From a virus: a DNA stretch of 64,000 bases. Under the pieces are notes generated by a model. That model did not search any database. It was not told the DNA's origin and saw only the letters and a list, made by a program, of their open reading frames with translations. The position numbers and the translations under genes are program-made. Each line of letters starts with the position of its first letter. Position 1 is the stretch's first letter. Positions 1 through 8,545 of this stretch are shown here, in pieces. The stretch is from the IMG/VR virus record IMGVR_UViG_641522639_000001, positions 2,857 to 66,856 of that record; one strand, 5' to 3'.

Positions 1-382
1 CGCGTCGAGCCTTTTGAAATCATCCGGTCGCTATGGTGAGACCTACGTCCAGACGGAGATCAAGGTTCCAGCCGTGCGCCTGGATGATCTCTGCCGCGAG
101 CACATGATTCAGAGCATCGACCTGCTCTGCATGGACGTCCAGGGAGTAGAGGTGTCTGTGCTCCGTTCACTGGGAAGCAAACTTTGGGATGTGAAGTATA
201 TCATCACTGAAGCGACGGTCGTCAATCAATACGAGGGGCAAGATCAATTCCACCATATAGTTGAATATCTCGTGCATCGAGGATTTCGGCTTGCCGCGGT
301 GAACATGGAAAATGGGTATTGGGGCTTCGGTAACATATTGTTCATTAATAGAGAGATTGAGGTTCCGATCGTCGGATCTTAA
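1..382 (+). CDS. FkbM-family SAM-dependent methyltransferase, 5' truncated by the window
   Basis: Contains V.AVRLDD..., IDLLCMDVQGVE and YIITE, the typical C-terminal half of FkbM/Methyltransf_21. The frame is open to the window edge and is more AT-rich than the phage. Confidence 0.8.
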   Translation, partial: ASSLLKSSGRYGETYVQTEIKVPAVRLDDLCREHMIQSIDLLCMDVQGVEVSVLRSLGSKLWDVKYIITEATVVNQYEGQDQFHHIVEYLVHRGFRLAAVNMENGYWGFGNILFINREIEVPIVGS

Positions 383-467
383 CGCCCCTGCGATCTGATT
401 GGTTGCCTAGTTCAAACCTCTCTTCGCGCGCGAAGCGGCGCAGTGAGCTCGGCGCCATGGCGCAGCA

Positions 468-494
468 AGGGCCGTGCTCGGCGAGCACGGCCCT
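468..494. repeat. Inverted repeat AGGGCCGTGCTCG-g-CGAGCACGGCCCT (hairpin, possible terminator)
   Basis: 13-bp perfect arms read directly from the sequence. Confidence 0.5.
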
Positions 495-807
495 CGCAAA
501 CTCATGATTTGCCAAAGCGGCGATTGCGCTCATCGTCGCGCCCGACGCGATCAGGCCAGCCGAACCGCTGCGCGAACTCGCGGCAGCGGCCGCGGGCCGC
601 CCTCGTCCGGCTCGGCGGGCGGGGTACGGATCGTGGTGAAGGCACGCCTCGTGACCGGGTTGGAGGCTGAAGTGCACTGCGCGGGTTCGTCGAGGGGCAT
701 GCGGAGCCTGCTGCAGGTCCGACCTCCCAATGGATCAGCGGGGCTCATGCTCCGGGATACGGCTCTGGCGAACGCACCCGCAAGGGCATGAGCCGGTGCG
801 CGGAGGT

Positions 808-1012
808 TGTGCCGGCTTCTGTGGGTCCGATCACACCCTTTGTTCCGTCTTGTCCGCGTTCACGAGGCCCGGAAAACAAAGGAAAAATTGGCTGGGGCGC
901 CAGGATTCGAACCTGGGAATGGCGGTACCAAAACACGCAATACTGATGTTCTAGCGCTTTGATTTCGCTTGTTTTTCCAGATCAAACCGCCGCCCCTGTG
1001 CCGGCTTTTGTG
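808..1012 (+). repeat. Candidate integrase arm-type sites TGTGCCGGCTT(C/T)TGTG at 808-823 and 997-1012
   Basis: 16-bp direct repeat with 1 mismatch, one copy on each side of the att core. Confidence 0.6.
889..933 (-). mobile_element. att core: 45-bp 3' half of tRNA-Gln(UUG), from the anticodon loop to CCA (not a complete tRNA)
   Basis: Minus strand reads TTTTGGT-ACCGC-CATT-CCCAGGTTCGAATCCTGG-CGCCCCA-GCCA (anticodon loop, 3' anticodon stem, T arm, acceptor strand, CCA). The D arm and 5' acceptor strand are absent. It lies next to the integrase stop. Confidence 0.9.
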
Positions 1013-2135
1013 CGACGAGGGGCTTTCCGGTGACCGGGTCGAGATCGACCATAGGCGCCGCGCCAGCCCCGTGCGCCGCTGCGCGCCGGGCTTCCACCTC
1101 GAGAAACGCGTAGGCCTTCTCCGTCTGCACGACGCTTCGGTGGCCGAGCTGGTCGCGGACCATCTCCATCGACCAGCGCTCCTCCTGCAGGAGCCGGCAC
1201 CCGTGGGTGCGCCGCAGGTCGTGCCAGCGGAGGTCCTGCACCTTCGCCCGTGCGGCCGCGTTGCGCAGCCCGCGGTCGAGATTGTTAAACCGCTCGCCGT
1301 CGTTCCGGTCCGGGCGGGGGAGGGCGGCTCGCCGCGTCGCGCCCCGCGTCGTGGTGGCCGCGCCATGGTGGAAGACGTAGGGGCTGGTCAGGTGCCGCGG
1401 CATCCGCTCGAGCACTCCGACAGCCGGGGCCAGCATGATCACGGTCCGCTCGCGCTTCCCTTTCGCCGCCTCGGCCGAGATGGTGAGGTGCTTACGGGCG
1501 AGGTCGACCTGCGCCCAAGTGAGGGAGAATTGCTCCTCCATGCGCAGGCCCGTGTAGATCGCGAACAGGATGGCGTCGCGCACGTAGGGCAGGGCGCCGT
1601 CGAGCAGGCGCGCCTCCTCGGCCCGGGACAAGTAGCGGGTGCGAGGCGGGCTCTCGCGCAGACCGCGGCGCGCCCGCTGCCTGATGAAGGGCGTGACCGG
1701 GTTGAGGTCAGCGTACTCCTTCTCGATCGCGAACGCGAAGATGGTCGAGAGGCAGGCGAGATCGCGCCGAACCGTCGGCGCGGAGGCGCCCGCCGTCCGG
1801 CGCGCGGTCTCGAAGGCGCGCAGGTCGGCCGGCTTGATCTCGAGGAGGAGCTTGCCGCGGAAGTGCTCGTCGAGCCAAGCGATGGACACGCCGTAGCGGC
1901 GGAGCGTGGATGGGCGCAGCGTCGGGCCGTGCTCGCGGATGAACTCCGCCATCACGGTGTTGAGAGTCAGCCGCGGCTTGGCGCCCCACGCTTGGGCTTC
2001 GAGTTCGCCGAGCCAGATTGCAAGACGCTGCCGAGCAACGCCTTCAGATCGTGTTCCGAGGGACGCGCGGAGGTCCTTGCCGTCCTTCTGGACTCGGCCC
2101 CACCACGTTTGCCCACGGAGGTAGATGTCGGCCAT
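951..2135 (-). CDS. int: Tyrosine recombinase, phage integrase (start MADIYLRG)
   Basis: Catalytic motifs YTGLR, K, and HDLRRT...LGHRSVVQTEKAY, plus an N-terminal arm-binding segment (YLRGQTWW). Confidence 0.95.
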   Translation of the reverse strand: MADIYLRGQTWWGRVQKDGKDLRASLGTRSEGVARQRLAIWLGELEAQAWGAKPRLTLNTVMAEFIREHGPTLRPSTLRRYGVSIAWLDEHFRGKLLLEIKPADLRAFETARRTAGASAPTVRRDLACLSTIFAFAIEKEYADLNPVTPFIRQRARRGLRESPPRTRYLSRAEEARLLDGALPYVRDAILFAIYTGLRMEEQFSLTWAQVDLARKHLTISAEAAKGKRERTVIMLAPAVGVLERMPRHLTSPYVFHHGAATTTRGATRRAALPRPDRNDGERFNNLDRGLRNAAARAKVQDLRWHDLRRTHGCRLLQEERWSMEMVRDQLGHRSVVQTEKAYAFLEVEARRAAAHGAGAAPMVDLDPVTGKPLVAQKPAQGRRFDLEKQAKSKR

Positions 2136-2323
2136 TCGAGCACCGTCCTCCGGCTCGTTTCCCACCACTGACGCACGGCGCGCAAATCGAACACCCAGCT
2201 TGAGCGAGGTCCGAAGGGCTGTCGAGCGCCAGGCACGCGGCCGGCCGCCGCCATTCGAATCCAGTGCCGCTCGGTGAACCCGAACTCTTCGACGAGACGC
2301 GCCGCGGTTACGTGCTGAGACAC
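1967..2323 (-). CDS. Probable excisionase / recombination directionality factor (GTG start, wHTH-like)
   Basis: VTAARLVEEFGFTERHWIRMAAAGRVPGARQPFG...WVF resembles AlpA/Xis. It has a GGAGG RBS and lies directly upstream of int. Confidence 0.6.
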   Translation of the reverse strand: MSQHVTAARLVEEFGFTERHWIRMAAAGRVPGARQPFGPRSSWVFDLRAVRQWWETSRRTVLEWPTSTSVGKRGGAESRRTARTSARPSEHDLKALLGSVLQSGSANSKPKRGAPSRG

Positions 2324-2325
2324 CG

Positions 2326-2922
2326 CTACACCTCCCCCTTCCACCACAGCGCCAGCGCCGCCCCGTCCGGCACGCGGCAGCGCCCGCGGGCCATCGGGTG
2401 GATTGGGCTGCCGTCGGCCGTGGTCCCGAAGCAGTGCAGGTCCGGCCAGGGCGCCTCGCCCGTCGTGATCTCCTCGACGACGTGGTCGGTCCACATCGGG
2501 TCCCACGTGCCGGCACCCCAGCACGCCACGACGCGCGCCGCGGCCTTGGCCTCGCGCACGATGGTGCTGAGGTTCTCCTGGATGACGTCCCGGGCGTACC
2601 AGTCCGGGCCGTTCTCCTGCCACCGCGACCACGCCCGGCACTCGGCCGGCGAGGGTGATCGGAAGGGGTAGAGATTGACAGCCGTGAACCCGCCGTAGCC
2701 CCAGGCGCGGGCGAAGTGGATCCACCGCCGCACGGCCGGATCGTCGACGCGGTGGTCCGCCGTCGAGGGGTTCAGCCCTACGAAGCAGACGTACGCGCCC
2801 TCGGCCCAGGTGCGGGTGAGCGTGAAGCGGTAGGCGCCGCAGCGCGAGAGCGTGGCGGAGCGCGCGATGGTGTCGGTGAAGCGAACGCCGAAGAGGTCCT
2901 TGGCGTGCAGGTCAGCCTGCAT
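2326..2922 (-). CDS. DUF1643 family protein
   Basis: CGAYRFTLTRTW, FVGLNPSTAD...DDP, WGYGG...VNLY and VVACWG motifs. Confidence 0.85.
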   Translation of the reverse strand: MQADLHAKDLFGVRFTDTIARSATLSRCGAYRFTLTRTWAEGAYVCFVGLNPSTADHRVDDPAVRRWIHFARAWGYGGFTAVNLYPFRSPSPAECRAWSRWQENGPDWYARDVIQENLSTIVREAKAAARVVACWGAGTWDPMWTDHVVEEITTGEAPWPDLHCFGTTADGSPIHPMARGRCRVPDGAALALWWKGEV

Positions 2923-3367
2923 TGTCGGGCTCCGAGCTATGGGCTGCCGGCGCATTCTCGGCCGCGCACGTCGAGCACTGATCGGGGCCCGCCCAGCCGC
3001 ATCCGCCCGGGCAGGCGTCCTCCTCGGTGCAGCCGCAATCCCGGGACACGTCGCCCAGGAGCGAGGGGATGCGGGCCGTCACGCCGTCCTCGGCTTCGAG
3101 CGCGCCGTCCGGCAGCACGTCACCGACCGCGAGGTCGAGCTCGCGCGTCAGCAGCTGGTCGGCGGCCTCGGCGGCCCGGGCGAGAATGTCGCCTAACTGG
3201 TCCTCGTAGACCCGGCGCTGTAGCCGCCACGACACGACGAGCTCGACGGCGATGGCGCCGATCTCGTCCTGCTCCTCGCGGGTGAGGCCGGTCCAGATAT
3301 CGACGCCGTCGAGACGGGGGAAGGCGGGAGTGCCCGCGGCCTGGGCGGTTAGACGGGCGGAAGTCAT
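2912..3367 (-). CDS. Hypothetical phage protein with Cys-rich C-terminus
   Basis: Overlaps the next gene; CGC..DAC..GCGW....CSTC motif. Confidence 0.6.
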   Translation of the reverse strand: MTSARLTAQAAGTPAFPRLDGVDIWTGLTREEQDEIGAIAVELVVSWRLQRRVYEDQLGDILARAAEAADQLLTRELDLAVGDVLPDGALEAEDGVTARIPSLLGDVSRDCGCTEEDACPGGCGWAGPDQCSTCAAENAPAAHSSEPDNAG

Positions 3368-3414
3368 GACCGCGCCTCCGGGGTAGAATTTTGCCCGAGC
3401 AAAAGGCGAATCGC

Positions 3415-3666
3415 ATGCACCGGACCCCCATGGCGCTCAGCCAAGCCGAGGAACAGATCCTCAGCGTGGCCAGAACGATTCCCGGCGGCCAATACGTAAC
3501 GTCCATCAACCTCACAACGGCGAACCAGGGAGCCAGCTTTTCCGGCGTTCTCATTGACGTTCAGAGAGACAGGGAAGAAGACGCAGCGGATGCGGTCAGA
3601 GCAATTCTGCGCCTGGTAGAAATGATCTTGACCACTTATGAGGTCGAGGCAGGCTCGGTTCATTAA
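3415..3666 (+). CDS. 83-aa hypothetical protein (paralogue A of an AT-rich tandem pair)
   Basis: Aligns without gaps to 3760-4011. Confidence 0.7.
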   Translation: MHRTPMALSQAEEQILSVARTIPGGQYVTSINLTTANQGASFSGVLIDVQRDREEDAADAVRAILRLVEMILTTYEVEAGSVH

Positions 3667-3759
3667 GCGGATGCCTGTCATCTTGCAGACATTGTCGGGG
3701 ATGTATATCACGAATCGACAGCCCGAGCGTGCGCTGGGCCATGCCTTGGAGAGTTTACG

Positions 3760-4011
3760 GTGCAGCGCTTGTCGATATCGCGAGCGCAATTTGAAGAATT
3801 CATATTCGAGGAAGCGCGAGCAATTCCCGGAGGAGAGTGGATTACTGCAGTTAGGGTCGCTCCGAATTCTTACGATGCAGAATTTTTCGGATTCGAAATC
3901 GATTTCACGGACGGGTACATCGACGTGGATGACCAAATAGCGCAAATGGTCGCCGAACTGATAATAAAAGCCTTCGAGATTTACGTAATTGGTGGCCATG
4001 CGTTTCATTAG
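3760..4011 (+). CDS. 83-aa hypothetical protein (paralogue B)
   Basis: GGAGAG RBS and GTG start; 21/83 identical to paralogue A. Confidence 0.7.
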   Translation: MQRLSISRAQFEEFIFEEARAIPGGEWITAVRVAPNSYDAEFFGFEIDFTDGYIDVDDQIAQMVAELIIKAFEIYVIGGHAFH

Positions 4012-4055
4012 ATATAGATTACCGCTTGCAAGACTGTCGATCACGAGGGAGCGCG

Positions 4056-4256
4056 TCATGTCGCCCTCCCGACTGCTGCCCGCCCAGCCTCGGTGAGCGT
4101 CAGCAGCCCGAGCCAGCGCTGGTGATGGGGGTCGAGGGTGCCGAGGCCGAGAGCCACGACCTGATCGGCCCGCCGCCAGGACAGGTCGCTCGGCACGAGG
4201 CACTGGCCGGTGCGGGTCAGGATGGGAGGCGGGTCCCACGAGAAGGGCCAAGGCAT
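4056..4256 (-). CDS. Small hypothetical protein
   Basis: ORF in the early-left orientation; start chosen at MPWPFSW. Confidence 0.4.
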   Translation of the reverse strand: MPWPFSWDPPPILTRTGQCLVPSDLSWRRADQVVALGLGTLDPHHQRWLGLLTLTEAGRAAVGRAT

Positions 4257-4305
4257 CAGGCGGCGCTCCCCGCGTCGAGCGCTTCGAGGCTCAGGCCAAC
4301 CGCCG

Positions 4306-4363
4306 ATCGCAAAATATCGCATCCGCACTTGCAAATATCGCAGCACTCTGCGATATTATCGCA
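4306..4363. promoter_or_regulatory. Operator array upstream of the TA operon (five ATCGCA half-sites)
   Basis: Perfect IR AATATCGCAG-cact-CTGCGATATT at 4334-4357, overlapping TGCGATA-t-TATCGCA at 4349-4363. Confidence 0.7.
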
Positions 4364-4606
4364 ATGAAGCCGATCGCCTATACCCTCTCCGCGACCCGCG
4401 AACTGTCCCGGCTCCCCAAGCCGGCGCGCCTCGCGATCGTGGAGAAGCTCGCGCGCTACGCGGCAACGGGGGCCGGCGACGTCCGCGCCCTCACCGGGCG
4501 CCCGGGCGCGCGACTGCGGGTTGGTGACTACCGGGTAGTGTTCGTCGAGACGGACGCACAGATAGAGGTCCGCGCCATCGGCCACCGCCGTGATATCTAC
4601 GACTGA
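4364..4606 (+). CDS. RelE/ParE (HigB-type) toxin
   Basis: 80 aa with DVRALTG...RLRVGDYRVVF...IGHRRDIY. Confidence 0.9.
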   Translation: MKPIAYTLSATRELSRLPKPARLAIVEKLARYAATGAGDVRALTGRPGARLRVGDYRVVFVETDAQIEVRAIGHRRDIYD

Positions 4607-4618
4607 GAGGACAACCCC

Positions 4619-4990
4619 ATGACCGTGCAGATCATCACCACGCCCGGCGGCGAGGAGCTCGTGATCCTCCCGCGCCGCGACTACGACGCGCTGCTCGCGC
4701 GCCTGGGCGACGAGGCCGCCGAGGATCGCGCAGCCGCTCGCTTGCTCGACGCCCGAGCGGACGAGAAGGCCTCGGTCGAGCACTGGTTCGTCGCCCTGAT
4801 CGCGGAGCACGGCTCGCCGGTCACGGCCGCGCGCAAGCACCACGGCTGCACCCAGGCCCAGCTGGCCGAGGCGCTCGGAATCTCGCAGGGCCACCTCAGC
4901 GACATCGAGCGCGGGCGCCGGCAGCTCACGCCGACGCAGCGCCATCAGATCGCTGCCGAGACGGGGGTTATAGCCGATTGGCTGGAGTGA
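4619..4990 (+). CDS. HigA-type antitoxin, C-terminal XRE HTH
   Basis: N-terminal GEELVILPRRDY plus TQAQLAEALGISQGHLSDIERG; lies downstream of the toxin. Confidence 0.85.
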   Translation: MTVQIITTPGGEELVILPRRDYDALLARLGDEAAEDRAAARLLDARADEKASVEHWFVALIAEHGSPVTAARKHHGCTQAQLAEALGISQGHLSDIERGRRQLTPTQRHQIAAETGVIADWLE

Positions 4991-5001
4991 AGGCGCGGTC
5001 A

Positions 5002-5278
5002 TTACCGCCCGCCCTCCGCGTCGACGAGCGCCACCGCCCCCGCCGACGGGACCGCGATCGGCCCAGGCTGCGGCGCAGAAGCTGGGTCCGGCGCGGGCAC
5101 ATCGTTCGCCCAGTCGCCCTCCGCCGCCTTCAGCCGAGCGGTCTCCAGCGGCACCTGGTTGTGCAGGGGTCTGCATCGCGGCAACGGTCTCGACGGTCAT
5201 CAGGCCGCCCTTCGACTCGTCGATGTTGAAGAAGCGGACGGCGCGGCGAGCGGCCGACAACAGGGTCTCTTCGCTCAT
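5002..5278 (-). pseudogene. Small phage gene split by a +1 frameshift near the G4 run at 5166-5169
   Basis: MSEETLL...MQT continues as LHNQVPLETARLK if one base is removed. Confidence 0.45.
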
Positions 5279-5499
5279 CGTGGTGCCCTCTCTCGGTGAG
5301 CCCGCGCCTCAGCGATGGTGCGTGCAACGATCTCTTCGGCGGTGAGGACGATGCGGCCCTGGCCCGCGCACTCGTTGCAGCCGCGGCGCGAGCGGCGGCG
5401 GATGAAGACGACCGGGGGCCCGCCTGGGAAGCAGCAGGAGCACCAGCGGCCGTTGCCGATCAGGTATGGGTCGAACGGGACGGTGACGCGGAGGCTCAT
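5275..5499 (-). CDS. Small Cys-containing protein, paralogue of 20108-20350
   Basis: DPYLIGNGRWCSCC...GCNECAGQGRIV. Confidence 0.65.
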   Translation of the reverse strand: MSLRVTVPFDPYLIGNGRWCSCCFPGGPPVVFIRRRSRRGCNECAGQGRIVLTAEEIVARTIAEARAHRERAPR

Positions 5500-5738
5500 A
5501 CCGAGTCCTCCGAAGGCGCGCACGCCTCGGCCCAACTCGCCGCCCGCCGCAGGTTGTCCGCCAGCTCGCGCGCCTCGGCGGGGCTGAGCGCCGCCCAGGC
5601 GTCGGCCGACATCGACCCGAAGTTGCGCATCACGCCGAGTTCGAGGGTAACCTCGCCGCCGTATGTGCTGACCTGGATGGCGCTGCCCTGCGCGGGGTCC
5701 TCGCCGGTGCGGTCGTGGTAGATGCTGGCGGCGCTCAC
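5496..5738 (-). CDS. Hypothetical protein
   Basis: Translationally coupled GTG start and stop overlaps. Confidence 0.55.
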   Translation of the reverse strand: MSAASIYHDRTGEDPAQGSAIQVSTYGGEVTLELGVMRNFGSMSADAWAALSPAEARELADNLRRAASWAEACAPSEDSV

Positions 5739-5944
5739 AGCGCACCCCCGAGCAGCCACCGGGTGATGCCCGCGAAGACGAGCGCCGCGACCAGCGCGGG
5801 GAAGGTGCAAACGAGCGCGCCGATCCGCTCGCCGCGCGGTCTTGTGTCCTTCGTGGCCTCCAGGAAAAAGGACGCGCCCAGGCACAGGCAGACTGCGGCA
5901 AGACCGTAGCCGATCACGGCGACGAGGATGGTCCCGACCATCAC
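5735..5944 (-). CDS. Small two-TM membrane protein
   Basis: Two hydrophobic segments; overlaps its neighbours by 4 nt. Confidence 0.6.
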   Translation of the reverse strand: MMVGTILVAVIGYGLAAVCLCLGASFFLEATKDTRPRGERIGALVCTFPALVAALVFAGITRWLLGGAL

Positions 5945-6285
5945 CGCCCCTCCGCGCTCTGCATAACGACCATCGGCCCCAGCACCGAGCCGGGCCGGCG
6001 CATGGCGAGTGGCGTCGCCCGGGCCGCCTTCACCGCTTGCGGTCGGCCCGACCCTTCATCCGCCAGGAACCGTCCGAGCAGTGCGACGAGCCGCTCCGCC
6101 GAGCTCAAAGCCGCAACGGTGACGTCGATGTTCGCCGCAGCTCGCCGGGTCTCCGGGCAGTCCGCCGGGATCGCGATCCGCTCGGCGTGGCGCCGGCAGC
6201 GGTCTTGGTGGAGCGAGGCCGTCTGCAGGTCGCGCCCGAGAGCGCCGAGGTCGAAATCCGCGAGCGCGTCGGTGAGCCGGATCAT
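5941..6285 (-). CDS. Hypothetical protein (MIRLTDAL...)
   Basis: Coupled ATGA junctions. Confidence 0.55.
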   Translation of the reverse strand: MIRLTDALADFDLGALGRDLQTASLHQDRCRRHAERIAIPADCPETRRAAANIDVTVAALSSAERLVALLGRFLADEGSGRPQAVKAARATPLAMRRPGSVLGPMVVMQSAEGR

Positions 6286-6621
6286 CGGGCGATCCTCCCG
6301 GCGGCAGCTTCGACCACGAGGCCACGGACGTAGGCCCGGCCCTCGTCCGGCAGCGCGCGGTAGGCGATGAGGAGATCGTGCTCCTCGCCGGCCGGCGCGA
6401 TCACGGCGTCGGCGGCGGTCAGGTCCCGCGGGTGAAGCCCGAGCGCTTCGGCGAGGCGCGGGAGCAGGGGGGCCAGGCGCGCGGCCGCCGCGCTCGATAG
6501 CAGAGATCGCCTTGGGGCCGAGGCAGACGGCGGCGGCGAGCTCGGCCTGAGTGACGCCGATGCGGCGACGGCGGTGGCTGATGCGCTCGCCGAGCGAGCG
6601 GAGAGGGATGTTGGAGTGCAT
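6282..6621 (-). pseudogene. XRE-family HTH regulator, frameshifted at the G6 run 6467-6472
   Basis: LGERISHRRRRIGVTQAELAAAV.LG...ISAIERG continues as LLPRLAEALGL...LLIAYRAL in the shifted frame. Confidence 0.65.
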
Positions 6622-6624
6622 CGC

Positions 6625-7563
6625 TCAGCCCTCCCGCCTCGCCGACCGGCGGCCTGCGGCGATCGCGTCGTTGCCCGGGAAGTCGTCGGCGGGATCGGGC
6701 TGCGCAGCGCCCGGCTTATCCCCGGCCTCGTCCTCGTCGGTGCCCTGCGCCTCCTCCTCGAGATCGGCGGCGACCGTCTCGCCGGACTCGCCAGGCTGGT
6801 GTTCGATCGTGTCGGCGAGCGGGTTGGCGACCGGCTGGAAGATCCCGGTCACCTGACCATCTTGCTGCTCGCGCCGCCGGTTGAAATCGTAGAGCTCGTC
6901 GTCGCGCCGCATCAGGTCGTCGAGGTCCGACGACAGCGGCAGGACCTTGCTGTGCCGGCGCGCCACTGTCTTGCGTGCCATCTCCTCCCACCACTGCGAC
7001 CACGGCCCGCCGCTCTTCGCGCGGCTGACCTTCCGGACCTTCTCGATTTCCTCAACGGTCATCACCTCGCGGGAGCGCTCGCCGCTCTTCAATACCGCGA
7101 TGGAGTAGGCGGCGACCGGCTTGCCGCGGTTCACCAGCACCGGCACGTGGACGATCTTCGGTTCATCGCCGAGCTGATACTCGAAGTGGTCGTTCTCGAA
7201 GACGACGTTCGCTTCCCAGGTCGCGATCTCGCCCGAGTTGCGGACCTTCTTACGGATGCCGGCGATCATCGGCATCCACTGCGCACGGCCGCTGAACTCG
7301 ACGATCGCACCCTCGCGCCCGTCCGGCAGCAGACCATCCTGCGCTGCTCGCATCGCGGCGTTGAAGAACGACCGCCGCTCCAGCTTCAGGAGGTCCGGGT
7401 TGTTCTGGACAGCAGTGAGAAGCACGCGCTTGAAGCGCTCGACCGGGATGTGTGCCGGCAGGGCCGCGGCGAACTCGGCCTCCCGGCTCTGGATCTGCTC
7501 GCGCACCACGACGAGCGGGTTGGCGTTGTGCGGTCGCTCAGCGACAGCCGTGGATGCAGCCAT
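6625..7563 (-). CDS. recT: RecT single-strand annealing protein
   Basis: LPAHIPVERFKRV, AAQDGLLPDGREGAIV and W..WWEEMARKTVARR motifs. Confidence 0.92.
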   Translation of the reverse strand: MAASTAVAERPHNANPLVVVREQIQSREAEFAAALPAHIPVERFKRVLLTAVQNNPDLLKLERRSFFNAAMRAAQDGLLPDGREGAIVEFSGRAQWMPMIAGIRKKVRNSGEIATWEANVVFENDHFEYQLGDEPKIVHVPVLVNRGKPVAAYSIAVLKSGERSREVMTVEEIEKVRKVSRAKSGGPWSQWWEEMARKTVARRHSKVLPLSSDLDDLMRRDDELYDFNRRREQQDGQVTGIFQPVANPLADTIEHQPGESGETVAADLEEEAQGTDEDEAGDKPGAAQPDPADDFPGNDAIAAGRRSARREG

Positions 7564-7582
7564 GGAGTCCTCCTGTCGGGGT

Positions 7583-8539
7583 TCAGCGGGCCCACCAGCC
7601 CGGCATGTCGGAGAGGTCGATCTCGGCGAGCGGCGCGTGGTCGATCCACGGCGCGTCGAGTCCGTGCGTGCGGCGGGCCTGGACGAAGGCCCACAGGGCG
7701 GCATCGATCGTCTTCTCGGCGACCGCGACCACCTCGTTGCCCGGCGAGAGCGTGACGCCCCAGGTCAGCGGGGCGTCACCCGTCGACCAGAAGACGAAGA
7801 CGAAGGCGTAGCTCGTCGCGGCCACGACCCGGGCGAGCCAGGCCGGGTCACGGTCGCCGTGCACGCGTCCCTCGGCGACGAGGCCCGCCAGTTGCGCGCG
7901 GGCCTGCAGGTAGGCCGCGGCCTGGACCGGGTAGCCATACTCGGCCATGGCGCGCAGGCAGTTCGCCTGGAACGACGTCGGGCGGCTCGGGCGGGTGCTC
8001 TTGAGATCGACCACCGCACGGGGCTTGAGGTAGTCGAACCGCGCCTTTCGGCGCACCTGCTCGCCGTCCACGGCGTCGGTCCAGAACACGGACACCTCGG
8101 ATGCGCCGCCCGTGAAGGAGGCGGCGAGGTGCGGGTTTGCCAGCACCGCGCCTGCGGCCTGCTGCACCCGGTCGAAGTCCTCGCCAGGCAGCACGTCTTC
8201 ACCGTTCGGCGCGAGCTTCGCGCGAGCCTTGGCGTCGAGGCGGGCGAGATCGTCGGGTCGGCGCACGAAGCGGGCGGCGAAGGACTGCTGCCCCTCCAGC
8301 ACCAGCTTGTGCACCGCGCGGCCGATGATCTGCGACGGGGTTGGCTCGTCGGCGGGCCGGTTCGGGTTGAGCACCGAGCCGAACCAGTAGTCCGCGGGCT
8401 CGGCGGCGAGGCGCTTCAGGTCGGAGGAGCCGAGGGCCGGGTCCGCGTGATAGTGGGCCTCGTCGAGGCCGAAGTAGATCCCGTCCTCGAAGGAGACGGC
8501 GGTCGGGGCCGGCGCGGCGGCGCTGTCGGGGAGGAGCAT
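7583..8539 (-). CDS. RecE/exonuclease VIII-like PD-(D/E)XK nuclease
   Basis: GIYFGLDEAHYHADPALGSSDLK, GRAVH, KARFDYL..VVDLKST and YPVQAAAY; adjacent to recT. Confidence 0.85.
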   Translation of the reverse strand: MLLPDSAAAPAPTAVSFEDGIYFGLDEAHYHADPALGSSDLKRLAAEPADYWFGSVLNPNRPADEPTPSQIIGRAVHKLVLEGQQSFAARFVRRPDDLARLDAKARAKLAPNGEDVLPGEDFDRVQQAAGAVLANPHLAASFTGGASEVSVFWTDAVDGEQVRRKARFDYLKPRAVVDLKSTRPSRPTSFQANCLRAMAEYGYPVQAAAYLQARAQLAGLVAEGRVHGDRDPAWLARVVAATSYAFVFVFWSTGDAPLTWGVTLSPGNEVVAVAEKTIDAALWAFVQARRTHGLDAPWIDHAPLAEIDLSDMPGWWAR

Positions 8540-8545
8540 CGCCGT

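Noticed and set aside
383-807. Genes in the short ORFs left of att
   Set aside because: Overlapping ORFs on both strands have no motif or consistent codon bias.
889-933. Complete tRNA-Gln gene
   Set aside because: Only the anticodon loop to CCA is present. Upstream sequence cannot form the D arm or acceptor stem, so it is an att core.
2136-2516. 521-aa integrase with a long N-terminal extension
   Set aside because: The extension is low-complexity and overlaps the xis-like and DUF1643 genes. MADIYLRG at 2135 is the plausible start.
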